IMG/VR virus record: IMGVR_UViG_3300038555_000005
Coordinates: 1 to 52,926 of that record
Origin: a virus
Lineage: Duplodnaviria; Caudoviricetes
Length of the DNA stretch: 52,926 bases
Direction: 5' to 3' (one strand)
The translations under genes were made by a program, and so were the position numbers. Under the pieces are notes generated by a model. That model did no database searches, was not told where the DNA came from, and saw only the letters and a program-made list of their open reading frames with translations. Below, in pieces: positions 18,911 through 27,467 of the stretch (position 1 is its first letter; each line of letters starts with the position of its first letter).

Positions 18911-20491
18911 TCAGCGCATGAGCCGGGTCACGGTGCCGTCCTTCGCGATGTGGATCATCGACGTGAACCACGGGAAAGACGCGAATCGTCGGCGCATCTC
19001 ATCGAGCACCATGGCGTCGTCCAGTCGAGTGCGGGCCGTGTCGATGACCACGCGACGAGCGCCCTGCTCCTTCGCACGGTGTAGCTGGTTCGAGATCGTG
19101 CTCTTCCCGATGCCCTGGGGGCTCTTGAACTCCCACAGCTGGCTGTCGACAGTCGCGTCGATGTTCTTGACGCCCTGCCCGGTCTGGATCGTGCGGAACC
19201 GGACCCTGAGACCGACGTCGGCGAGCCTGTTCGCCGTGGCGAGCTCGTGACCCTGCAGGGCCAGGCCCTCGGGGATATGCGGGGCGACCCTCGACGCGGC
19301 AGATACCGGTCGGAGGATGCGCTCCGCAGAGCTCGCCGAGCCGTGGCGGCCGTCAGCGAATCGGACCTGAGCGCGCTCGTAGCGGCGGCGCTGACCAGTC
19401 GCGGAGACATGCGCACGGGTCTCCGCCTGGATAGTGAGGACCCGGCTCTGCTGCCGCTTCGCCTTCGCGGTGTCGCCGGCGGCCGTCGCAATCTCCAGCT
19501 TCCGCTTCGCGTCGCGCTCGCGGACCTCCAGCTCGCGGAGGCGGTCGCGCGCGGCGTGCGCGGCCGGGTCGTACGCGGGGGCCGACACGGAAACCGAGAA
19601 TCCGGGCAGGTACTCGACCAGCACACAGGTGCAGTTCGGGTGCTTCGCCCCAGACGCACGCCAGTCGGCGAGCGTGCCCGCAACGTCGACGGTGATGGTC
19701 CGGTCCTCGTACGAGTGGAGTACTTCGCGTGGCCCTGCCGTGCCGGTGCTCGCGATGATCTTCCCGAACCACGGTGCGCAGTGGTCGCACGCGTTCCGAC
19801 CGCCGAGCACCGTGAACAGGTCGATGCCAACCTGCGCGGCGCGGAATACCTTCGCGTCGTCGTACGCACGGGTGACGGCCGTCCGGGTCGCCATCTCCGA
19901 GTACGTGCCGATGCGCCAGTTACGGCCGGCGATGTCGGTGAACCCAGTGACGCCCCGCTCGAGGAACTCCTGCAGCGCTGCCTTCCGCGCCACGGCCGTC
20001 GGTATGCCGAGCGGCACCTGGCCGGCGTGGTTCGCGATGACCTGCTGGAAGACGTCGCCGCCGACCACGAACTGGCCCATCGCGTCTCGCGGGTAGCGCA
20101 GGATCCTCGCGCGCATGTCCTCGAAGGCGTTGCCGAGATCGTAGGCGACGAGCGCCGCGGCGAGGGCCTGCTGCGTGGAAACGCCAGCGAGCGGCGGTAT
20201 CGACGGCAGCTGCACGACGGATGCCGCGCCCTCGCGCGCCGCGCGAGCGACGATGTCCCCGGCGAGGTCGCGAGTGATTCCCTCCGTCAGCGCGGCGGCG
20301 ATGCCTTCGAGCTCGCGCACGATGGCCAGGCGCTCAGCCAGGTCGGGCATGTCCGGGAGGTCGCGGATCAGGCGGCGGGCGATTGCTGCGAGTAGCCGAG
20401 TCTCGGCGTCCGCGAAGGTGCCCGCCACCTGAGCAGCGATCCGGTACACGAGCTGCTGATAGTCGTCATGCTCGGGGGCGAACCCAGCCAT
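18911..20491 (-). CDS. MuF-like / phage minor capsid protein with C-terminal PD-(D/E)xK nuclease (CdiA-CT tRNase-like) domain
   Basis: GRNWRIGTYSEMATRT, C..C.PW.G, HPNC.C minor-capsid motifs; tip HELATA...KNIDAT...WEFKSPQG...RAKEQGARRVVID. Confidence 0.82.
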   Translation of the reverse strand: MAGFAPEHDDYQQLVYRIAAQVAGTFADAETRLLAAIARRLIRDLPDMPDLAERLAIVRELEGIAAALTEGITRDLAGDIVARAAREGAASVVQLPSIPPLAGVSTQQALAAALVAYDLGNAFEDMRARILRYPRDAMGQFVVGGDVFQQVIANHAGQVPLGIPTAVARKAALQEFLERGVTGFTDIAGRNWRIGTYSEMATRTAVTRAYDDAKVFRAAQVGIDLFTVLGGRNACDHCAPWFGKIIASTGTAGPREVLHSYEDRTITVDVAGTLADWRASGAKHPNCTCVLVEYLPGFSVSVSAPAYDPAAHAARDRLRELEVRERDAKRKLEIATAAGDTAKAKRQQSRVLTIQAETRAHVSATGQRRRYERAQVRFADGRHGSASSAERILRPVSAASRVAPHIPEGLALQGHELATANRLADVGLRVRFRTIQTGQGVKNIDATVDSQLWEFKSPQGIGKSTISNQLHRAKEQGARRVVIDTARTRLDDAMVLDEMRRRFASFPWFTSMIHIAKDGTVTRLMR

Positions 20492-20595
20492 CACGCACCT
20501 CCCGCGTAGTTGACGGGTGGTTGACGCGAGGCGCTGACGTGCCGCGGTTCCCGCGTGATCTCGGGCTTCTGGTTGTTGATCGGTATCTGATTCAC
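20491..20595 (-). CDS. Small 34 aa ORF coupled to MuF start
   Basis: GTG-started MNQIPINNQKPEITREPRHVSASRQPPVNYAGGA; TGATG overlap with MuF ATG; fills the portal-MuF gap. Confidence 0.45.
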   Translation of the reverse strand: MNQIPINNQKPEITREPRHVSASRQPPVNYAGGA

Positions 20596-20602
20596 ACGGC
20601 CT

Positions 20603-22258
20603 CTATGCGCCGTCGTCGGGAGTCTCGCCCGCCGCCTCCCGCGCCATCCGGTCCCGCAACTTCTCGATGTCCTCGGGCGTCGGCTGCGTGTCGTCGTCCA
20701 CCGTCCCGACCTTCGTCGGATCGGCGGCCTCTCCGATACCGAACTCCTCGCGGATCCGCTTCACCTCGCCGTTGACGGTCTCGCCGTCCCACTCCGGGTG
20801 CTGCATGCGGACTCGCGTCTCGACGGACGCGGACTGTGCGGCGTAGAGCATCTGGTTCGTGCGGGCCATCGACTCCTGATCGGCCTGCGCTTCCGCGGGG
20901 AAGCGGAACTCCGGCTCCTCCTGGGGGCTCTGGCCGTCATACACGATCGAGTCCAGCTGAAGCCACGTGAGGAAGAACGGCGAGAGCGTCTTCCAGTAGT
21001 TGATCTTCTTGTCTCGGGTGCGCTCGGAGAGGCGGTCGTCGGACTTGATCTCCGTAGCGGTGCGCATGCCGGCGTCGGAGCCGCCGATGCTGCCCGGGGT
21101 CCACCCTGCGGAGCGCATCGCCTGGTCACGCAGCTCCTTGACGGTGGCGGCGTGCTCCTCGACACGGATCTCGAACTGGTGGGCGTGGAAACCGAAGTCC
21201 TGCCCGCCGGGGCCCGTGAGCGCGTTCATGCCCTCGTATACCTCGCGGTCGAAGTCGAACGACGCGCCGCCGCCGAACCCGCCGCCTTCGAGGTATTGCT
21301 TCGCGACGACGATGCGGGCCTTCGCGATGCGGATGTCCCGCATCCACGACGACCAGACCTCGTCGACGGCGTCGAACAGCTGGACGATGTCGGCGTAGTC
21401 GGAGATCCCGAGCTGCGAGAGGCGCGGCTCCTTCCGGAACAGCTTGTTCGGGCGCATGTTCGGGACGTAGGCGGCGGTGAGGCCCTTGACCTGCGTGAGG
21501 ATCTGACTGTTCGCGTTGACCACGGCCGGGATGCCGTTGGCGGGGTCGCCGGCGAGCCACGCGGTCTCGGGGCGCTCGGACAGCGGCTGGCGGGTGCCGA
21601 GCTTGTCCTCGGTGCCCTCGTACAGGCCGTGCTCGATCGAACCGGCGGCGTGGTGTTCCAGGTGACGCCAGACATTGCCCTTCTCCCGGGACAGCTCGGT
21701 CCAGAACGTGACCTCGTGCAGCTGACCGAACCGGAAGGTCGGGATCGCCGCGTCGGCGTAGACCGCCTCGGCTCGCACGGTGGTCAGGCGCTCTTTGTTC
21801 CATACGAGGCGGAGGAACGTGCCGCCGAGAGCCGACGCGATCTCGCCGGACTCCAGCAGCAGCGAATGAAACGAGGACGTGTTGATGACCTTCTCGGCGC
21901 GGTCCTGCATCGTGTCGCGGGGCGTGTTCCCGTCCTTCGACCGTTCGCCGGGAAGTACCACGCGCGGCGCCTCGGAGAATAGGTAGTCGGCGGAGAGCGT
22001 CGCGATGTCGGCGGCGAGAGGGATGTGCAGCCGCGAGCGTGTCTCGGCGGTCGCCTGTGGCTTGCCGAGCCATGCGCGCGCGCCGGCGCCGAGGATGCCG
22101 CCGTTGTACTGCGCCGGGTGCGAGATCGGGCGGTCGCGGTAGATGGACGCGAGTGCGGCGATGTTGCCGGTGTACCAGCCGTCGAACACTTCGAGGAGGT
22201 CGAAGTAGGGAGAGAACTCCTTCGGCGGCCAGGTCACGTTCCCAGTGGGCAGCGGCAT
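20603..22258 (-). CDS. Portal protein (SPP1/A118-like)
   Basis: LHIPLAADIATLSADYLFSE, YVPNMRP, LGISDY, IRVEEH, TATEI motifs. Confidence 0.93.
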   Translation of the reverse strand: MPLPTGNVTWPPKEFSPYFDLLEVFDGWYTGNIAALASIYRDRPISHPAQYNGGILGAGARAWLGKPQATAETRSRLHIPLAADIATLSADYLFSEAPRVVLPGERSKDGNTPRDTMQDRAEKVINTSSFHSLLLESGEIASALGGTFLRLVWNKERLTTVRAEAVYADAAIPTFRFGQLHEVTFWTELSREKGNVWRHLEHHAAGSIEHGLYEGTEDKLGTRQPLSERPETAWLAGDPANGIPAVVNANSQILTQVKGLTAAYVPNMRPNKLFRKEPRLSQLGISDYADIVQLFDAVDEVWSSWMRDIRIAKARIVVAKQYLEGGGFGGGASFDFDREVYEGMNALTGPGGQDFGFHAHQFEIRVEEHAATVKELRDQAMRSAGWTPGSIGGSDAGMRTATEIKSDDRLSERTRDKKINYWKTLSPFFLTWLQLDSIVYDGQSPQEEPEFRFPAEAQADQESMARTNQMLYAAQSASVETRVRMQHPEWDGETVNGEVKRIREEFGIGEAADPTKVGTVDDDTQPTPEDIEKLRDRMAREAAGETPDDGA

Positions 22259-22295
22259 GGTGGCTCCCTTCCGGGGATGCTGTGGCGTGAGGGTG

Positions 22296-22425
22296 TGGAG
22301 GGGCGCAGGTCATCCACGCCCGGTTGGGACGGGCGCTGCGGTAGCGGGAGCCTTCGCGGTTCTCGATGCGCGTTGACGCCCCTCCAGGCATGGGGGAGGG
22401 CGCGAGGTCTGGGCCTCGCGCCCTC
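22296..22425 (-). ncRNA. Candidate structured RNA in portal leader
   Basis: TGGAGGGGCG/CGCCCCTCCA 10 bp stem enclosing two hairpins (91 nt), plus adjacent 12 bp hairpin 22396-22425. Confidence 0.3.
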
Positions 22426-22494
22426 GGGTGCGCTCTTCTCGTCTTCTCGGGCGACGCGTGCCCTCAACTCAGGGACGGAGGACCCCCTGGACGT

Positions 22495-22761
22495 CTATGC
22501 GAAGCGGTGCAGCAGGTACGCGCCGAGACCGGCCGTCGCACTGACGGGCTGCTCGGACGGAGAGACGACAGCGCGGCCAGCTTCCCCCGACTGCTCGAGC
22601 TCGGCGTTCGTCCACTCCACACCGACCGCCCACGCGACCACGAACGGGTCCTCATCGGGGCGGATCAGGCGGAGGTACTCGGAGATCGCCCGGCCGACGG
22701 CGTCGCGAGCGGCGACGACATCGGGCGCGAGGTACTCGTACGGCCGTTCACCGTCGCTCAC
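22495..22761 (-). CDS. Hypothetical protein
   Basis: GTG-started MSDGERPYEYLAPDVVAARDAVGRAISEY...; overlaps HIT stop. Confidence 0.65.
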   Translation of the reverse strand: MSDGERPYEYLAPDVVAARDAVGRAISEYLRLIRPDEDPFVVAWAVGVEWTNAELEQSGEAGRAVVSPSEQPVSATAGLGAYLLHRFA

Positions 22762-23138
22762 GAGCGCTGTTCTGTCCACGGCAGCCGGAGGCCGTCGCCT
22801 GCGCGGCGGGGCACGTAGTGCACGTGCAGGTGGCGGACGGTCTGCGATGCCTCCGGCCCGGCGTTCACGATGAGGTTGAAGTCCTCGCCCTGCTGCGCCG
22901 CCCACCAGGCGGCCCACTCGAAGACAGCGCCGGTCGCCGCGGGAGCTTCCGCTGCGTCCTCGTAGTGGAAGGCGGGGATGAACAGACGGTGGCGGGGCGT
23001 GACGGGGTTGAGGGGTTCGAAGTGGTAGACCCCGGACGAACCGAGCTGCTCGATGCCCGTCCCCTTGGTGACGTGCTCCATGACCAGCACGCAGAACGGG
23101 CATCCCGCCTCGGCGGCGACAGCGGTCGCGGCGCTCAC
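22758..23138 (-). CDS. HIT (histidine triad) family nucleotide hydrolase
   Basis: CPFC N-terminus, PLNPVTPRH.LFIP, NAGPEASQTVRHLHVHYVPR. Confidence 0.92.
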   Translation of the reverse strand: MSAATAVAAEAGCPFCVLVMEHVTKGTGIEQLGSSGVYHFEPLNPVTPRHRLFIPAFHYEDAAEAPAATGAVFEWAAWWAAQQGEDFNLIVNAGPEASQTVRHLHVHYVPRRAGDGLRLPWTEQRS

Positions 23139-23737
23139 GGCCGGCCCCCGTAGTCGATGCCTGTCACCGCGAGCGGGGCATCGCGCAGCGCACCTTGGAG
23201 CGCGCGCACCCAGGCTTCGGCGGTGGTGCTCGCCCAGTCGACGCCGGACGGCTGATCCTTCACGTAGGCGAGGGTCACATGCGCCCGGTAGCCGGGGAAC
23301 GTGTTGATGTGCGGGAGGTACGACAGGCGAGCGTGCGCCTTGGCGAGCTCGGGCGTGATCACCAGGTGCGCAACGATGCACTTGTACGGCTCATCGGGGT
23401 AGGGCGAGTCGAAGATGCCGACGTGGTCGACCTTCACCGATGCGAGTTCGACGTCGGCGAGGAGCGCGTCGACGTGCTCGCGCCACACGGGCCCGGGCTG
23501 CATGAGCCCGTAGAGCAGGGTCGCGTGCGCGCCGGTCTCGGCGACTGCGCCGTCGATCCAGAAGCGCTCCGCCAGGTTCGGCGAGGTGTAGAGGTCACGT
23601 TCTGGGGCCAGGCCCGCGTCACGCGCGTAGTCGGTGACCGCGATGTGCTCGACCTCGGCCATGATGCAGCCGAGGTCGCTGATCTTGATGCCGAGCGCGG
23701 CGTGCACGTCGGGGAACAGGTGGACGGACTCGCTCAT
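23135..23737 (-). CDS. 2H phosphoesterase, Acb1 / T4 gp57B-like (putative anti-CBASS nuclease)
   Basis: Two HxT motifs HATLLYG and HVTLAYV about 80 aa apart; LGCIMA N-terminal motif. Confidence 0.78.
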   Translation of the reverse strand: MSESVHLFPDVHAALGIKISDLGCIMAEVEHIAVTDYARDAGLAPERDLYTSPNLAERFWIDGAVAETGAHATLLYGLMQPGPVWREHVDALLADVELASVKVDHVGIFDSPYPDEPYKCIVAHLVITPELAKAHARLSYLPHINTFPGYRAHVTLAYVKDQPSGVDWASTTAEAWVRALQGALRDAPLAVTGIDYGGRP

Positions 23738-23916
23738 CGGCCGACTCCCTTCAGCGCGATGCAAAGCGCCGGATCCTGCGCGAATGCGCACCCGACGTCG
23801 CCACCGGTGATCACGAGGCGGATGCCGAACACGACAGCGCAGATCGCGAGGAAGATGAAGGCGACGATCACCCAGGCGAACACGGTGGCAACGGCGTCGA
23901 ACTTCCGGCTGGCCAT
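23734..23916 (-). CDS. Small membrane protein
   Basis: 60 aa, one long TM helix, coupled stops and starts. Confidence 0.6.
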   Translation of the reverse strand: MASRKFDAVATVFAWVIVAFIFLAICAVVFGIRLVITGGDVGCAFAQDPALCIALKGVGR

Positions 23917-24326
23917 CACGCGTCCTTCCCGTATGCGACGTCGCGCGCGCGGCGCAGCGCGGAGATGGCGAGGTTCGTCTCTCGGCGGTCGAGCACGTCG
24001 GAGGTGACGCGGAAGGTGCACGCCTCGGTGTCGAGCGCGCCGATGTCGGCGTACTTGCGAGCCTCAGCCTGCGCCTGAGCTTCCGCGGAGGCGAGCATCG
24101 ACCGGAGGTCAGCGACGGACACCTCGATGCCGAGCTGTACCCAGCCGATGTCGTGCTGGACGCCAAGCGCGCCGGATCCGCCGGTGCGGTTCCACTCGAT
24201 GTGGAGGTTCTTCCGGGCGATCTCCTGGTGGACGATCGCCTCGGGGGCGTCGTCGGAGTCGCTGATCGTCGGCGCCGCGACGGATTGCGCCACGATGCGG
24301 TTGTGGGTGATCTGTTCTCTGGGCAT
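23916..24326 (-). CDS. Hypothetical protein
   Basis: 136 aa, AGGAAGGG RBS, ends LRRARDVAYGKDA. Confidence 0.75.
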   Translation of the reverse strand: MPREQITHNRIVAQSVAAPTISDSDDAPEAIVHQEIARKNLHIEWNRTGGSGALGVQHDIGWVQLGIEVSVADLRSMLASAEAQAQAEARKYADIGALDTEACTFRVTSDVLDRRETNLAISALRRARDVAYGKDA

Positions 24327-24429
24327 GGTCGCCCTTCCTATGAGAGCCCCGTCACGGGGCCTACCCGGCGTCGCGCCGGGAAGTCGTGAGTAGCCGGTAC
24401 CTTTGGGGCACTAGTGAAAGGGGGGCGCC

Positions 24430-24969
24430 ATGCAGCCCACTAAGCAGCACCGAGAGACGGCCTCTGACCTGGATCGGAAGTTCCGCAGGGGTGCGTACGT
24501 CGGGATACTCGTCAGCGAGAGCGATAAGGACGCGCACGCACTCTGGTATGGGCGTGTGCTCACCGCACTGACCATCACGGCCGCCGGCGAAGAGATCATC
24601 TGGGCGCAGATGCAGGTTCGGGATGAGGGCGGGGGCGAAGTGTTCTTCACTGTCCTCACCGCCCAGGCGGTGCTCCTTGGGCACGCCACCGGCGTCAAGG
24701 AGGGCACTCCGAAGATCGACGACGTACGAGCGATCGGTCGAAACGCCCTTGCCCTGGTCGAAGTGAAGGCCGATGTCGAGATCGACGGGAATGGCGCGTC
24801 CGCGCACGCTTGGCCCGGCAACGTCCAGGTCGTCGCCGAGTACCGCGTGCCGAAACCGCAGGGCAAGCAACTCGTCTTCTTCGGGGCCTACGAGACGCAG
24901 AGCGACCAGGAGAACGAATCTCCGGTGCTCGGCCTGCTGGCCGAGTTGCAGAAGGACCTGAACTCCTGA
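24430..24969 (+). CDS. Hypothetical protein (opposite-strand moron)
   Basis: 179 aa, AAAGGGGGG RBS, good codon bias. Confidence 0.7.
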   Translation: MQPTKQHRETASDLDRKFRRGAYVGILVSESDKDAHALWYGRVLTALTITAAGEEIIWAQMQVRDEGGGEVFFTVLTAQAVLLGHATGVKEGTPKIDDVRAIGRNALALVEVKADVEIDGNGASAHAWPGNVQVVAEYRVPKPQGKQLVFFGAYETQSDQENESPVLGLLAELQKDLNS

Positions 24970-24998
24970 GGCGGGTGGGACGGCGCTATTCTGAGCGC

Positions 24999-25403
24999 AT
25001 GCGCCGTCTCATCGTCCCCGCTGCTCTGATCGCTGTCCTCGCCGTTACCGGATGCTCGGCATCCTCGGACCCGGAGCCGACGCCGACGGAGAGCACCACG
25101 GCCACCGTCGAGATGGACACGCCCTCCCCGACGCCGACGATCGACGCCGCAGCGCTCGAGCAGGGCTTCCTCGACACGCTCCGTCAGGAGACGGGCCCGG
25201 ACCTGATCAGCTACACCGATGAGGGGCTGCTCGAAGTCGGGAAGTCCGTGTGCCAGTCGCTCAAGTCGGACATCGGTCCGGCGAGCATCGAGACGGCGCT
25301 CACTGACAGCGGCTTCACGAAGGACGCCGCCGTGAACGTCATCTCCGGCGCCGGCGTGCTGCTCTGCAGCGACCAGGCATCGAAGGTGCTCACGGGCTGG
25401 TAG
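24999..25403 (+). CDS. Lipoprotein (DUF732-like)
   Basis: MRRLIVPAALIAVLAVTG-C lipobox, Pro/Thr linker, GKSVCQSL...LLC Cys pair. Confidence 0.8.
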   Translation: MRRLIVPAALIAVLAVTGCSASSDPEPTPTESTTATVEMDTPSPTPTIDAAALEQGFLDTLRQETGPDLISYTDEGLLEVGKSVCQSLKSDIGPASIETALTDSGFTKDAAVNVISGAGVLLCSDQASKVLTGW

Positions 25404-25406
25404 CCA

Positions 25407-26741
25407 TCACGCGGCCAGGCTCCAGTTCAGCGCCGGCCGCCACATCGACTCGGTCGTCGCGATGACGTACCTGCCGCCGTCGAGCGAGTGGTCGTTGACC
25501 TTCACCGGCTCGTCGTGGCCCTTGAGTGCGGATTTTGTGTCCCAGCTGTAGCCGGGCGTCTCCGCGATCCATCCAGGGCACCGATCGGTTACGACGAGTT
25601 GCCGTTCGGCCATGAGCGACGCGACGGTGCTGATGCCGTACGAGACGTTGTTCAGACCGCCCGACGTCGGGATGTCGAGGAGGTTGAGCTCGCGCTGGAA
25701 GTGCAGTGCAGCGGGGTCCACGATGACGAACTCGGGGCGGAGCGCGGACTCGTACGGCAGGTGGTCCTTGTTCAGCCAATCGCGGAACAGCCCCGCCTGC
25801 TGCGACGGTGACAGGAACGCCGCCTCGCTCTTGCGAGAGTCGTGACGCCACTCGTCGATGAGCCACAGCCGGGAGCCGTAGCGGCCGTTGACCTGCTTCT
25901 CCTTCGAGAGGCCGAGGAGGAGACCGGTCGACGGGTTGTTCGTGCCGAAGTCGACGCCCACACCCAGGAGACGGTGCATCGACGGCAGCGACTCCCACGG
26001 CTTCACGTGCACGGCCGGATCCCACATGCCGTAGATCGCGCCGTCAGCGGACACCCACTCGCCGAGGATCTGCCGACGGAACCAGAGACCCGTGTACTGG
26101 GAACGGAGTCGCGCCTTCACCGCGTCCGACAGCGACGGGTTGTCGTCCATCATGAAGTGGTAGCGACGCCAGTCGGGCAGGTCGCGCATCCGGTCGATGA
26201 AGTCCGTCTTGAGCCAGTGCGCCGGCGAGTCCGGGTTCGTGGTCGCGAACAGCTTCGACTCGTCGAGCGACATGCGGTTCAGGACCTGCTTGAACGCGGT
26301 CTCCTCGATGACCGTGGCCTCGTCGACGTAGACGAGCAGCACCGTCATGCCTCGGATCTTGCCCTCAGCACGAGAGTCGTTGATACCGATGACCTGGACC
26401 TCGCGGCCGAAGATGTGAGCCGTCGGCGCGTTCTGCGTGTACTTCACGACGCCACGGAACGCGCGGAGGCCCTTCGACGTCTCGATGGTCTGGAAGAAGT
26501 TGCGGTAGATCGAGCCGAGGTTCTTCCCCACGATGAGGAGCTGGCCGTCGAGCTGCTGGTCACCGAGCGACGCGACCGCCATGAGGAACGCGAGCACCGA
26601 GACGTACGTCTTCCCGGCGCGGATCGAGCCCTCCCAGAGGTTGAACGTTGCGCCCTCCTGCAGGCACGCGTTCAGCGATCGGGCCTGGTTACGCCCCAGG
26701 CTCGCTGTCGCCTGGAACGTCGGCGGTGCCGGAGGAGTCAT
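25407..26741 (-). CDS. terL: Terminase large subunit (PBSX-like)
   Basis: Walker A EGSIRAGKT, Walker B VYVDEA, TTNPDSP, GVDFGTNN, NDHSLDGGRY nuclease motifs. Confidence 0.95.
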   Translation of the reverse strand: MTPPAPPTFQATASLGRNQARSLNACLQEGATFNLWEGSIRAGKTYVSVLAFLMAVASLGDQQLDGQLLIVGKNLGSIYRNFFQTIETSKGLRAFRGVVKYTQNAPTAHIFGREVQVIGINDSRAEGKIRGMTVLLVYVDEATVIEETAFKQVLNRMSLDESKLFATTNPDSPAHWLKTDFIDRMRDLPDWRRYHFMMDDNPSLSDAVKARLRSQYTGLWFRRQILGEWVSADGAIYGMWDPAVHVKPWESLPSMHRLLGVGVDFGTNNPSTGLLLGLSKEKQVNGRYGSRLWLIDEWRHDSRKSEAAFLSPSQQAGLFRDWLNKDHLPYESALRPEFVIVDPAALHFQRELNLLDIPTSGGLNNVSYGISTVASLMAERQLVVTDRCPGWIAETPGYSWDTKSALKGHDEPVKVNDHSLDGGRYVIATTESMWRPALNWSLAA

Positions 26742-27168
26742 CGGTCACCTGCCCGTACGAGTCATCAGTGCCGAACAGGCCCTTCAGGCCCGCGGCGAAG
26801 TCGAGCAGAGCACCCTTGACGTCGGCGGTCGGATCCTCCGGCTTGTGGTCGTACAGGCCGAGGAGGCGTGCGCGCTGGTCCATGATCTTCAGCGCACGGT
26901 CGACAGAGAAGTTGTCGCCGTTGCGGGCTGCTTCATAGAGGCCGGAGAACAGGTCGTCGAGTCGGGACAGTTCGAGTTCGAGGAGCTCGGAGGCGGACTC
27001 ACGGGTGATGTCGGCGATGCCCTGCTTCACGGCACGGTGTGCGCTGCCCTTGTTCGCGTAGCCGACCTCGGCGGCGATCTCGTCGAAGGACCATCCGGCT
27101 CGGCGGAGGTCGAGGGCTTGCTTGCGCTTCTCGGCGGCGGTTGCTCGGGAGTTGGTATCCGATGCCAT
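26689..27168 (-). CDS. terS: Terminase small subunit (HTH)
   Basis: ALDLRRAGWSFDEIAAEVGY HTH; RARLLGL motif; directly upstream of terL. Confidence 0.8.
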   Translation of the reverse strand: MASDTNSRATAAEKRKQALDLRRAGWSFDEIAAEVGYANKGSAHRAVKQGIADITRESASELLELELSRLDDLFSGLYEAARNGDNFSVDRALKIMDQRARLLGLYDHKPEDPTADVKGALLDFAAGLKGLFGTDDSYGQVTDDSSGTADVPGDSEPGA

Positions 27169-27240
27169 GTGGTTGCCTCTTTCGCTGCGCCCGCGCCTGG
27201 CGGGTCAGTGGGGGTGCCTGGCGCCTGGCCGGCATGACGG

Positions 27241-27275
27241 ACCCCCGGGGAGGCTGGTGCCGGTCCCCGGGGGTT
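27241..27275 (-). terminator. Stem-loop closing the PP-loop/peptide operon
   Basis: ACCCCCGGGGA...TCCCCGGGGGT 11 bp stem about 20 nt after the last peptide stop. Confidence 0.55.
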
Positions 27276-27293
27276 CGGTGTTGCAGTGCGGAA

Positions 27294-27449
27294 TTAGCTG
27301 CCGCTGGTTCGGCCTGCGCGCGAGGATGCTGCGCGGCGTGCGCCAGTGGTGCGGCGTCCGGAGAATCCGGTGCCGCCCATGATGTTGGCGAAGCCTTCAG
27401 CGCTGTTGATGCCGCCTCGGATGTAGGTGGCGATGGAGCGGTTGCGCAT
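27294..27449 (-). CDS. Arg-rich 51 aa peptide ending GRTSGS
   Basis: Hand translation MRNRSIATYIRGGINSAEGFANIMGGTGFSGRRTTGARRAASSRAGRTSGS; GAAGAGGAAA RBS; not in ORF track. Confidence 0.75.
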   Translation of the reverse strand: MRNRSIATYIRGGINSAEGFANIMGGTGFSGRRTTGARRAASSRAGRTSGS

Positions 27450-27467
27450 GGGGTTTCCTCTTCTGGG

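Noticed and set aside
18570-18971. 133 aa ORF as immunity protein for the MuF toxin
   Set aside because: Overlaps both MuF and scaffold out of frame; Arg/Pro-rich shadow composition.
22296-22386. Canonical tRNA gene
   Set aside because: Lacks T-loop TTCRA and D-loop GG consensus; kept only as a candidate structured RNA.
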